From positions 150,001 through 182,000 of the forward strand of contig NZ_JHXR01000002.1 of NCBI RefSeq assembly GCF_000621645.1: a stretch of DNA of 32,000 nt, given 5' to 3'. Source of the stretch: Vibrio cholerae ATCC 14035 (GTDB taxonomy: Bacteria; Pseudomonadota; Gammaproteobacteria; Enterobacterales; Vibrionaceae). The position numbers and the translations under genes were made by a program. The notes beneath the pieces were generated by a model, which saw nothing but the letters and a program-made list of their open reading frames with translations, had not been told where the DNA came from and searched no databases. Positions 1-7,762 of the stretch are shown here, in pieces; position 1 is the stretch's first letter, and every line of letters starts with the position of its first letter.

Positions 1-325
1 TAGAGCAATCAGGAAGAATATTATCTGATTCAGGTATTGAATTAGGGCATTTTAATATTCATTAACGCGTTGCCCGTGTATTCCTTTTATTAAACATTTA
101 GACATCCACTCTCTCTGAATATTGATTAAGTACTCTGATTGGGCAAAACCCTGCGCTATTGATCCATTATTCTATTACTCTTTCCTCGGCTACGCTCACC
201 TACTCCCCTTAGATCAAGCCTGTTGATACCTCAGAGTCTCGTTGTGTCGCATTAAAAACTGCATTTTTCAAATACTCAACTACACTCATACTGCTCAATC
301 CGAGCAAACCATAAGGAAAATCAAA

Positions 326-598
326 ATGGCGAATACAATGTTAGGTGGCTGGGGACTGTTCCATGAGCTCTCCAATGAAGATAAAGCAGCATTTGCAAGC
401 GGCATCGAAGGCTTTGTAGGCGTAAGCTATAAGCCTGTTGCGGTAGCAACACAAGTGGTTGCTGGCTGCAACTACGCCTTTTTCTGCAATGCCGAGATGG
501 TTTACCCCGGCTCTCAACCTTACCCAGCCATGGTTCACATGTTTAAAGACTTGGAAGGAAAAGTCGGCATTACGCATATTCAGCGTTTGGATTATTAA
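326..598 (+). CDS. Small cytosolic protein (90 aa) with a cystatin-like QVVAG motif; function unknown
   Basis: The ATG at 326 has AAGGA about 8 nt upstream. The TTG start at 242 in the ORF track looks like a spurious extension. There is no signal peptide. The protein contains ATQVVAGCNY, which fits the QxVxG cystatin loop. A strong terminator follows. Confidence 0.6.
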   Translation: MANTMLGGWGLFHELSNEDKAAFASGIEGFVGVSYKPVAVATQVVAGCNYAFFCNAEMVYPGSQPYPAMVHMFKDLEGKVGITHIQRLDY

Positions 599-653
599 AC
601 CAAACCCACTGTGGGACAGGGCTGTTTTCTGTCGTCCACTCATTTTCATGTTG

Positions 654-680
654 AAAGACCTCCGATTGGAGGTCTTTTTC
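654..680 (+). terminator. Rho-independent terminator of the 326..598 gene
   Basis: AAAGACCTCC (654-663) pairs with GGAGGTCTTT (668-677) around a GATT loop, and a T-run follows. Confidence 0.75.
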
Positions 681-809
681 AGTCGTGATTTTTCAATCAT
701 GGTAATCACGCACATCCATCGCCACCCCATTCAAAGCGAATGACATTCCTATTGCGCCTGCAGGTGAGAGCCTTTACTCTTTTTTCATCTTCAATCTAAA
801 TCGAGAGAA

Positions 810-1748
810 ATGATGTCTGCCTCATCCCCCTACCCGATTGGCACTCCCGGTCAGCCTTGGCAAGCTGCAGAGCGCCAAGCTTGGCGAGAACAACGCCATA
901 TTCAACGCGAATATCAACAAGAAGTAGTGCCCAAGATTCTGGCCTTGAACAGCCTATTCGACGTGAGTACTTATGGCGCGCTCTCTTATGACCCAACACG
1001 CTACCCGCTGTATGTAGTGAAAAGCCGCCACTGGGATGCTAACAAGCCAACCGTATTGATCACAGGCGGGGTACATGGTTACGAAACCAGTGGTGTACAC
1101 GGTGCGCTGCAATTTTTAGCGACAGCCGCAGAGCCTTATTTGGCTCACTTTAATCTGCTTGCCGCGCTCTGTGTCAGCCCTTGGGGCTATGAAACCATCA
1201 ATCGCTGGAACCCAAATGCTATCGATCCTAACCGCTCTTTCGTTCAGGATAGTCCTGCAGAAGAAGCAGCTCTATTGATGGCGATGGTGGCAGAGCACGG
1301 GCTGATTTTGCTGCATATTGATCTGCATGAAACCACCGATACAGATGAATCTGAGTTTCGTCCTGCCTTGGCGGCGCGCGATGGTAAAGCCTATCTCGAA
1401 GGCTCGATCCCCGATGGCTTTTACACGGTAGGTGATACGGAAAATCCGCAATTGGCTTTCCAACAAGCGGTGATTGATTCGGTACGCCGTGTCACGCATA
1501 TCGCGCCAGCGGATGAAAACTATGAAATCATTGGTTCACCTGTTGTCGCTGAGGGTGTCATCCTCTATCCGATGAGAGAACTCGGCTTGTGCGGCGGCAT
1601 GACTGCTTGTACTTACAGCACAACCACCGAAGTCTATCCAGATAGCCCTAAAGTCACCGCACAACTCTGCAATGACGCGCAAGTCGCAGCCATCATCGGT
1701 GCACTTGATTATGTGCTTGCCAATGAGCAGAGTCTGCTAGGCGAGTAA
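810..1748 (+). CDS. Zinc carboxypeptidase-like protein (M14 / succinylglutamate desuccinylase-aspartoacylase superfamily)
   Basis: 312-aa ORF. ITGGVHGYETSG supplies an HxxE metal motif and HIDLHETTD supplies a distal His, both typical of this superfamily. The 3' end overlaps the convergent AraC gene by 12 nt. Confidence 0.7.
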   Translation: MMSASSPYPIGTPGQPWQAAERQAWREQRHIQREYQQEVVPKILALNSLFDVSTYGALSYDPTRYPLYVVKSRHWDANKPTVLITGGVHGYETSGVHGALQFLATAAEPYLAHFNLLAALCVSPWGYETINRWNPNAIDPNRSFVQDSPAEEAALLMAMVAEHGLILLHIDLHETTDTDESEFRPALAARDGKAYLEGSIPDGFYTVGDTENPQLAFQQAVIDSVRRVTHIAPADENYEIIGSPVVAEGVILYPMRELGLCGGMTACTYSTTTEVYPDSPKVTAQLCNDAQVAAIIGALDYVLANEQSLLGE

Positions 1749-2462
1749 TCGGCTTTTATACTGCTCCGGGGTTAACCCGGAGTACTTTTTGAACATGGTG
1801 ATAAACGGGCTGGCTTGGTTATAGCCCAAGGTTAACGCCACCTCTTTCACTGCATGCCCTTGACGTAACAATTCCATCGAATAGAGATAGCGCACCCGCA
1901 GCCGCCATTCGGTAAAGCTCATCCCCAGTTCAGCCTGACAATGGCGCGCCAGTGTTCGCTCCGTGGTATGCACTTTTTCCGCCCACTGCTGCAAGGTTGT
2001 GTTATCGGTGGGGTTCTCTTCCACAAAAGCCAAAATCGGCGCTAAATATTTGTGATTGGTTGAAGGAAGAAAATGGTGCTGAGTTTCACGAGTGGCCAGT
2101 TGATCCAGCAACACTTGCACTAAGCGCTTATCTTCACTGCTCTGCGCCACATTGATGTTTCGTTCTCGAAAGTCATCAATGATCGCCGAAACAATCGATG
2201 TCACCTTAATTAAACTGGTTTTAGCGGGAAATGCCGTGGTCAGTTGCGAAGCAATATTCAGTGAACAGTATTCGATGGGCTTGCGGTTGTAGCTTCGATG
2301 ACGAATCCCCGCCGGAACCCAAATCGCCAAATGGGGCGGAGCCAAAAAGCGCGTATCTTCCGCTTCCATCTCCAAAATTCCGCCAGAAATGAGCTGTACT
2401 TGCCCCCAAGGGTGGCTGTGCTCACGAGTTTCTGTATTGGACAGAAACGCTTCAAAATTCAT
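1737..2462 (-). CDS. AraC-family transcriptional regulator (N-terminal cupin, C-terminal HTH)
   Basis: The C-terminus (TLARHCQAELGMSFTEWRLRVR...LGYNQASPFITMFKKYSGLTPEQY) is a classic AraC double HTH. The track start at 2528 is a TTG, so I prefer the ATG at 2462 (MNFEAF...). The start is uncertain. Confidence 0.8.
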   Translation of the reverse strand: MNFEAFLSNTETREHSHPWGQVQLISGGILEMEAEDTRFLAPPHLAIWVPAGIRHRSYNRKPIEYCSLNIASQLTTAFPAKTSLIKVTSIVSAIIDDFRERNINVAQSSEDKRLVQVLLDQLATRETQHHFLPSTNHKYLAPILAFVEENPTDNTTLQQWAEKVHTTERTLARHCQAELGMSFTEWRLRVRYLYSMELLRQGHAVKEVALTLGYNQASPFITMFKKYSGLTPEQYKSRLLA

Positions 2463-2627
2463 AAAAACATCCGAAGGTGGATGCTCGATAGATAATGAGG
2501 GATGCAAGTGTCGAGTGCGTTTTTTCAATCTTGTCTTCCTATCGCTCGCAATGTCTTTTTAGAGATAGTTGTAATTATAAAGACCTGCCACACTATAACC
2601 CAAGGAACAAATTGCGACGAGGCGCAC

Positions 2628-3527
2628 ATGATCTATCTTCTGCCATTTTTTACTGTGCTGATTTGGGGTGGCAACTCGATTGTCAATAAACTCGCGGCCT
2701 CGACCATCGAACCTAGTGCGATGAGCTTTTATCGCTGGCTATTGGCTATGGCGATCCTCACTCCTTTCTGTCTACCTAGCGCTATCCGCCAATGGTCAAC
2801 GGTGAAACGCCACTTGAGTAAACTCGCATTTTTGGCTTTACTCGGCATGGTGCTTAACCAATCCCTAGGCTACTACGCGGGGCTCACCACCACGGCGACC
2901 AATATGTCACTCATCACTTCTTTTGTTCCTTTAATGAGTGTTTTCATTAGCTTGCCGTTACTTAACAAACCCATCTCAGCCCTTAGCGTGGTGGGTGGCG
3001 TACTGTCGCTGAGCGGGCTTGCCTACATGCTCGGAGAAGGAAATCCGCTGTTTTTCCTCCATCAAAGCGTGACCGAAGGGGATGCCTTAATGGTGATGGC
3101 AGCACTGGTGTACGCCTTGTACTGCGTGCTTTTGAAACGCTGGAAAATGCCGTTTAGCAACTGGACTTTAATTTATCTGCAAGGGGTATGCGCCGTATTC
3201 ATGCTGATCCCTTTATGGCTCACCAGCGATACGCTATTACCGACCGAAGGTTCACTCTCTCTGATCGCTTATGCTGGCATTGCTGCTTCTCTATTAGCAC
3301 CTTGGATGTGGGTAAAAGCCATTGATGCGATTGGCGCAGACTCCACCGCCATGTTTATGAATCTGCTACCCGTTTTTTCTGTTTCTTTGGCCGCCACTTT
3401 ATTGGGCGAAAAAGTTCATCCCTACCATTTAATTGGTGATCTATTAGTCATCAGCGGTGTCGCGCTGTCACAATTGAAAATTCAACGTCGAAACGATGAC
3501 GGCGTCGAAAAAGTGACGCAGGTATAA
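2628..3527 (+). CDS. EamA/DMT-family permease
   Basis: About ten hydrophobic segments, with a GGNSIVNK-type EamA N-terminus. The ATG at 2628 has GAGG 5 nt upstream. The track start at 2502 would overlap the divergent AraC gene. Confidence 0.8.
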   Translation: MIYLLPFFTVLIWGGNSIVNKLAASTIEPSAMSFYRWLLAMAILTPFCLPSAIRQWSTVKRHLSKLAFLALLGMVLNQSLGYYAGLTTTATNMSLITSFVPLMSVFISLPLLNKPISALSVVGGVLSLSGLAYMLGEGNPLFFLHQSVTEGDALMVMAALVYALYCVLLKRWKMPFSNWTLIYLQGVCAVFMLIPLWLTSDTLLPTEGSLSLIAYAGIAASLLAPWMWVKAIDAIGADSTAMFMNLLPVFSVSLAATLLGEKVHPYHLIGDLLVISGVALSQLKIQRRNDDGVEKVTQV

Positions 3528-3614
3528 AAGCGAGTATTTTCACGCGCAAAATGGTTCTCTTCACGCTATCTTTAGAGAAGAAAAAACACGCCGCGAGGCG
3601 TTTAAAAATAACGA

Positions 3615-3624
3615 TTGGCTAGGT
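3615..3624 (+). promoter_or_regulatory. Qrr sRNA pairing site in the 5' UTR of the PAS-GGDEF gene
   Basis: TTGGCTAGGT (3615-3624) is identical to plus-strand 21679-21688. It is therefore perfectly complementary over 10 nt to the minus-strand Qrr4 RNA core ACCUAGCCAA. It lies 22-31 nt upstream of the ATG at 3646. Confidence 0.6.
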
Positions 3625-3645
3625 TCCCCAAGCCCGAAGCAACCG

Positions 3646-4611
3646 ATGAAAAATTGGCTGTGTCAGGCAGTGAGAGGTGAGCCTATGATAGAACTTAATA
3701 GAATTGAAGAGCTTTTTGATAACCAACAGTTCTCCTTGCACGAACTCGTGTTGAACGAACTGGGAGTCTATGTCTTCGTCAAAAATCGCCGCGGCGAGTA
3801 TCTCTATGCTAACCCTCTGACTCTAAAGTTGTTTGAAACGAATGCACAATCGTTGCTTGGCAAGACCGATCACGATTTTTTTCATGATGATCAACTCAGT
3901 GATATTTTGGCGGCCGATCAACAGGTGTTTGAAACTCGTCTCTCGGTTGTACATGAAGAACGAGCCATCGCCAAATCCAATGGTTTGGTTCGGATTTATC
4001 GCGCAGTCAAACACCCTATCTTGCACCGAGTGACAGGCGAAGTGATTGGGCTGATTGGAGTTTCAACCGATATCACCGATATCGTGGAACTACGTGAGCA
4101 GCTATATCAGCTCGCCAATACCGATTCTTTAACTCAGCTGTGTAATCGGCGTAAATTGTGGGCCGATTTTCGCGCCGCCTTCGCTCGCGCAAAACGTTTA
4201 AGACAGCCGTTAAGTTGCATCTCTATCGATATTGATAATTTCAAACTGATCAATGACCAATTTGGTCACGATAAAGGTGATGAAGTCCTGTGTTTTCTCG
4301 CCAAACTATTTCAGAGCGTCATCTCTGACCATCATTTTTGTGGTCGTGTGGGAGGTGAAGAGTTCATCATCGTTTTGGAAAATACGCACGTAGAGACGGC
4401 TTTTCATTTGGCTGAACAGATCCGCCAACGTTTTGCAGAGCATCCGTTCTTTGAACAAAACGAGCACATCTACCTCTGTGCGGGGGTTTCCAGCTTGCAT
4501 CATGGTGATCATGACATTGCCGATATTTATCGACGCTCCGATCAAGCGCTGTATAAAGCCAAGCGTAATGGTCGTAACCGTTGCTGTATCTATCGCCAAT
4601 CCACAGAATAA
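3646..4611 (+). CDS. PAS-GGDEF diguanylate cyclase (GGEEF active site), VCA0939-like
   Basis: A PAS-like region (YVFVKNRRGEYLYANP...GVSTDITD) is followed by a GGDEF domain (DIDNFKLINDQFGHDKGD...RVGGEEFIIVL...ALYKAKRNGRN). An alternative start, the ATG at 3685, has a strong GAGGTGA SD. There is no RxxD I-site. Confidence 0.9.
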   Translation: MKNWLCQAVRGEPMIELNRIEELFDNQQFSLHELVLNELGVYVFVKNRRGEYLYANPLTLKLFETNAQSLLGKTDHDFFHDDQLSDILAADQQVFETRLSVVHEERAIAKSNGLVRIYRAVKHPILHRVTGEVIGLIGVSTDITDIVELREQLYQLANTDSLTQLCNRRKLWADFRAAFARAKRLRQPLSCISIDIDNFKLINDQFGHDKGDEVLCFLAKLFQSVISDHHFCGRVGGEEFIIVLENTHVETAFHLAEQIRQRFAEHPFFEQNEHIYLCAGVSSLHHGDHDIADIYRRSDQALYKAKRNGRNRCCIYRQSTE

Positions 4612-4762
4612 GCTTCACCTAGCCTCTCTTATCCTATTTCTTTTCGTTTTTGTGAAAAATGATTAAAAACGAAAAGAAAACGTAAGAAAACGCAAACCAA
4701 GATTTGAAATCAGGCACTGACTCCGTACACTGAAAGCAATTTAAACCATAAGGATATTCCCG

Positions 4763-5524
4763 GTGAAAGCAGTAAAGCGCCATCAAGAAATCATTGAATT
4801 GGTTCAAGCCCAAGGTTTTGTGAGTACGGAAGAGCTGGTTGAGCGATTTGATGTTAGCCCACAAACCATACGGCGAGATCTCAACGAATTGGCCGAAGCC
4901 AATAAATTGCGGCGCAACCATGGCGGCGCAACGATTGCAACCAGTTCGGAGAACTCCTCTTATCACACGCGGCAAGTTTCTTACCAAAATGAAAAAGAGA
5001 AAGTCGCCATGGCCTTGGTTCAGCACATTCCTGACGGCGCCACACTGTTTATTGATATTGGCACTACGCCAGAAGCCATCGCTCGCGCTTTAATGGTTAA
5101 TCATCATCAACTGCGTGTGGTGACCAACAACTTAAACGTCGCCACTATGCTAATGAGTAAGCCTGATTTCAGCATCATTTTGGCGGGGGGAGAAGTCCGT
5201 AATAAAGACGGCGGCGTAACAGGCGAAGCCACATTGGATTTTATTTCCCAATTTCGTTTGGATTTTGGCATTTTGGGGATCAGTGGCATCGATTATGACG
5301 GCTCTCTGCTTGATTTCGACTACCATGAAGTGCGCGTAAAACGCGCGATTATCGAAAATAGCCGCAGTGTCTTCCTCGCGGTCGACCACAGTAAATTTGG
5401 CCGCAACGCGATGGTCAAACTCGGCACATTGGCCGATGTCGATTTGATCATTACTGACCAAACGCCACCGAAAGAGATTGAAGCGTTCGCCAAAGAGAAT
5501 GAAGTCACGATTCAGGTGGTGTAA
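4763..5524 (+). CDS. glpR: DeoR-family repressor, GlpR-like (glycerol-3-phosphate regulon repressor)
   Basis: A GTG start has AAGGA 9 nt upstream. Long stretches match my recollection of E. coli GlpR (VSPQTIRRDLNELAE, LFIDIGTTPEA, GEATLDFISQFRLDFGILGISGID, DHSKFGRNAMV). No glp structural genes are adjacent. Confidence 0.8.
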   Translation: MKAVKRHQEIIELVQAQGFVSTEELVERFDVSPQTIRRDLNELAEANKLRRNHGGATIATSSENSSYHTRQVSYQNEKEKVAMALVQHIPDGATLFIDIGTTPEAIARALMVNHHQLRVVTNNLNVATMLMSKPDFSIILAGGEVRNKDGGVTGEATLDFISQFRLDFGILGISGIDYDGSLLDFDYHEVRVKRAIIENSRSVFLAVDHSKFGRNAMVKLGTLADVDLIITDQTPPKEIEAFAKENEVTIQVV

Positions 5525-5554
5525 TTCGCTAGACAACCGCTCATCAATACCAAG

Positions 5555-5579
5555 AAAAGGCGCTAACGCGCCTTTTTTG
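5555..5579 (+). terminator. Rho-independent terminator after glpR
   Basis: AAAAGGCGC-TAAC-GCGCCTTTTTTGTT: a GC stem flanked by an A-run and a T-run. Confidence 0.8.
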
Positions 5580-5687
5580 TTGCATGCACAAAATGCACAA
5601 ATGATTGCCTGTGTGTAAAAAATTTGTTGTTATTAACTCTATACTTATTTGAGCAAAACGCTCAAAACGAAAATGAAGGATAAGCCG

Positions 5688-6176
5688 ATGAGCAGTGGCA
5701 AACGAGAGATCACATTACGTTTTCTGGCAGAGCCGGGAGATGTCAATTTTGGTGGCAAAGTGCATGGTGGCGCAGTAATGAAATGGATTGACCTTGCGGC
5801 GTATGCTTGTGCTGCGGCTTGGAGTGGTAAATATTGCATCACGGCTTATGCTGGTGGCATTCGCTTTGTCGCTCCAATTCATGTCGGTAACTTGGTTGAA
5901 GTGAATGCCAAGGTGATTTATACCGGAAAAACCTCCATGCACATCGCGATTGATGTGCAGGCGAGCGATCCTAAGTTCCTGAAAAATCATCTCACGACTC
6001 ATTGCATTGTGATTATGGTCGCCGTGGATGAAGCGGGCAAACCGTCTCCTGTGCCCGAATGGATTCCGCAAACTCAGGAAGATCAGGAATTACGCGCTTC
6101 GGCGATCCGCTTAATGAACATGCGCACCGAAATTGGTGAAGAGATGGAAGCGCACGTGAAATATTTGAAAAATTAA
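5688..6176 (+). CDS. Acyl-CoA thioesterase (hotdog fold)
   Basis: FLAEPGDVNFGGKVHGGAVMKWIDLAAYACA and YTGKTSMHIAIDV are typical of hotdog thioesterases. The ATG at 5688 has AAGGA 7 nt upstream. The track start at 5649 is a TTG. Confidence 0.8.
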   Translation: MSSGKREITLRFLAEPGDVNFGGKVHGGAVMKWIDLAAYACAAAWSGKYCITAYAGGIRFVAPIHVGNLVEVNAKVIYTGKTSMHIAIDVQASDPKFLKNHLTTHCIVIMVAVDEAGKPSPVPEWIPQTQEDQELRASAIRLMNMRTEIGEEMEAHVKYLKN

Positions 6177-6187
6177 GGGGCTATTCT

Positions 6188-6216
6188 GCGCTCCAACCAC
6201 TGGGATGGAGCGCTTG
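6188..6216 (+). terminator. Possible terminator hairpin after the thioesterase gene
   Basis: GCGCTCCA (6188-6195) pairs with TGGAGCGC (6206-6213). Only a weak T tract follows. Confidence 0.4.
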
Positions 6217-6286
6217 TCATCGAATTGTCATCAAGCTTTGTTTTAATCCATGCCCATCTTTGGCACATGGATTTCACGCTTCTGTT

Positions 6287-6538
6287 ATGGCGATTACCCT
6301 AGATAAAATCACCCTCACCGAGACGACCCTAACTAACCCCAAAGCGGTCGAATATCAATGGGTAAGAACATTGTACGTGCAAGGTTATCAGCCTGAAGCG
6401 ATCAACCATTACATCCAAACCTGTTTTGGCGGAGACGAGACATTTGCCGACCTTTTCCGTCGGGTCGCCATGCATGAAGAGAGCTTGTATTTACTGCTGC
6501 AATACTTAAGTTGCGCACCTTCCAGCCGTGAGTTCTAA
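6287..6538 (+). CDS. Hypothetical small protein (83 aa)
   Basis: An ORF with an ATG at 6287 (the track start at 6260 is a TTG). There is no clear SD and I recognise no motif. It is retained only because it fills an otherwise empty interval. Confidence 0.35.
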   Translation: MAITLDKITLTETTLTNPKAVEYQWVRTLYVQGYQPEAINHYIQTCFGGDETFADLFRRVAMHEESLYLLLQYLSCAPSSREF

Positions 6539-6676
6539 TTTTTCTGCACCCTCTAAACCAGTTACAAATCAATATTCGATCTGACTCGCATCCTGTTCTT
6601 GTTTCACTGTTGAGAAAATGTGTTGTGCTTATACTGGCAACCGTTTTCGCACCACGAGCTGTCACGGCTTCAGGCA

Positions 6677-6860
6677 TAAAAAAACCCGAGCTAAGCTCAG
6701 GTTTTGGTTACAAAAACTGTTAGTCGTGAACTAGTAAGGAATAGAGCTAACAGCCAGCTATGCGTAACGCCAGAATTGAAGCTTCTTAACTTGTCGGCGG
6801 CCAAACCAATTAATGTTAAGAAGAGACAAAATGGGCGACTTTACGTCGCCCTTATCGTTA
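6677..6860 (-). ncRNA. micX: malG 3'-UTR sRNA region (MicX-like)
   Basis: About 184 nt of noncoding sequence lies downstream of the malG stop. It ends in a strong minus-strand terminator (AACCUGAGC-UUA-GCUCGGGUU followed by U7, 6704-6677). That stem has a G-U pair on the minus strand but a C-A mismatch on the plus strand. This matches the described V. cholerae MicX, which overlaps malG and is processed to a 3'-UTR-only form. The 5' end is not determinable here. Confidence 0.5.
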
Positions 6861-7751
6861 TTATCCTTTCACACCGCCAGCGGTAAGTCCTCCGACAAGC
6901 CAACGCTGTGCAAGTAAAAATACGATAGTGATTGGGAGTGCTGAGAGCACCGCAGCGGCCGCAAAATCACCCCACAGATAGTTTTGAGGGTAAAGATACT
7001 GCTGCATACCAACCGCAAGCGTGTACGAGTTTACATCAGAAAGCAGCAGTGACGCCACCGGAACTTCGCCCACCACACCAATAAATGACAAAATGAATAC
7101 TACTGCAAGTATAGGCACAGACAATGGAAGTAGCACTAATCTGAACGCTTGCCATGGTGTCGCACCATCCAAGGCCGCCGCTTCTTCCAGTGAGCGATCG
7201 ATGGTTTCAAAGTACCCCTTAATAGTCCAAACGTGCAGCGCAATCCCGCCGAGGTAAGAGAAAATCAAACCGCCGTGCGTGTTTAAGCCCAAGAAGGGAA
7301 TGTACTGCCCAAGCTTATCAAACAGAGCATACAATGCGACCAAGGCCAATACCGCAGGGAACATTTGGAAAATCATCATCGCTTTTAAGATGGTTTCTTT
7401 GCCTTTAAAACGCATACGTGCAAAGGCGTAAGCCGAAGTAGTAGAAAGCGCCACAATCAATACCGATGTAATGCCCGCCACTTTTACCGAATTCCACAGC
7501 CATGTCATCACCGGGAATGGCGGTGGAGTGACTGAACCATCAGCATTCTGTACCGCAATACCGAGTGCCAGCTTCCAGTGTTCCAATGAGGGGCGATCCG
7601 GGATCAAGCTGCCGGTTGCGAAGTTACCTTCACGAAATGAGATCGCGACAATCATCAGCAGCGGGAAAATAATCAACGCTAAGAACACCCACAGTGCCGC
7701 GTGGGTTGCCCACACGCGATACTTGAGAGATTTGCCTTGTACCATAGCCAT
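6861..7751 (-). CDS. malG: Maltose/maltodextrin ABC transporter permease MalG
   Basis: 296 aa, near-colinear with E. coli MalG (MAMVQ...[10 protein letters not shown]...[34 protein letters not shown]...LTAGGVKG). AAGGAG SD. Confidence 0.97.
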
Positions 7752-7762
7752 ATGAATGCTCC

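Noticed and set aside
1-325. A possible gene fragment or mobile-element end at the left edge of the window.
   Set aside because: There is no ORF of at least 60 aa in any frame and no inverted repeats or recognisable motifs. It looks like ordinary AT-rich intergenic sequence.
4634-5026. 130-aa minus-strand ORF antisense to the 5' part of glpR.
   Set aside because: It overlaps a strongly supported GlpR homologue and the AT-rich palindrome, and has no SD or motif.
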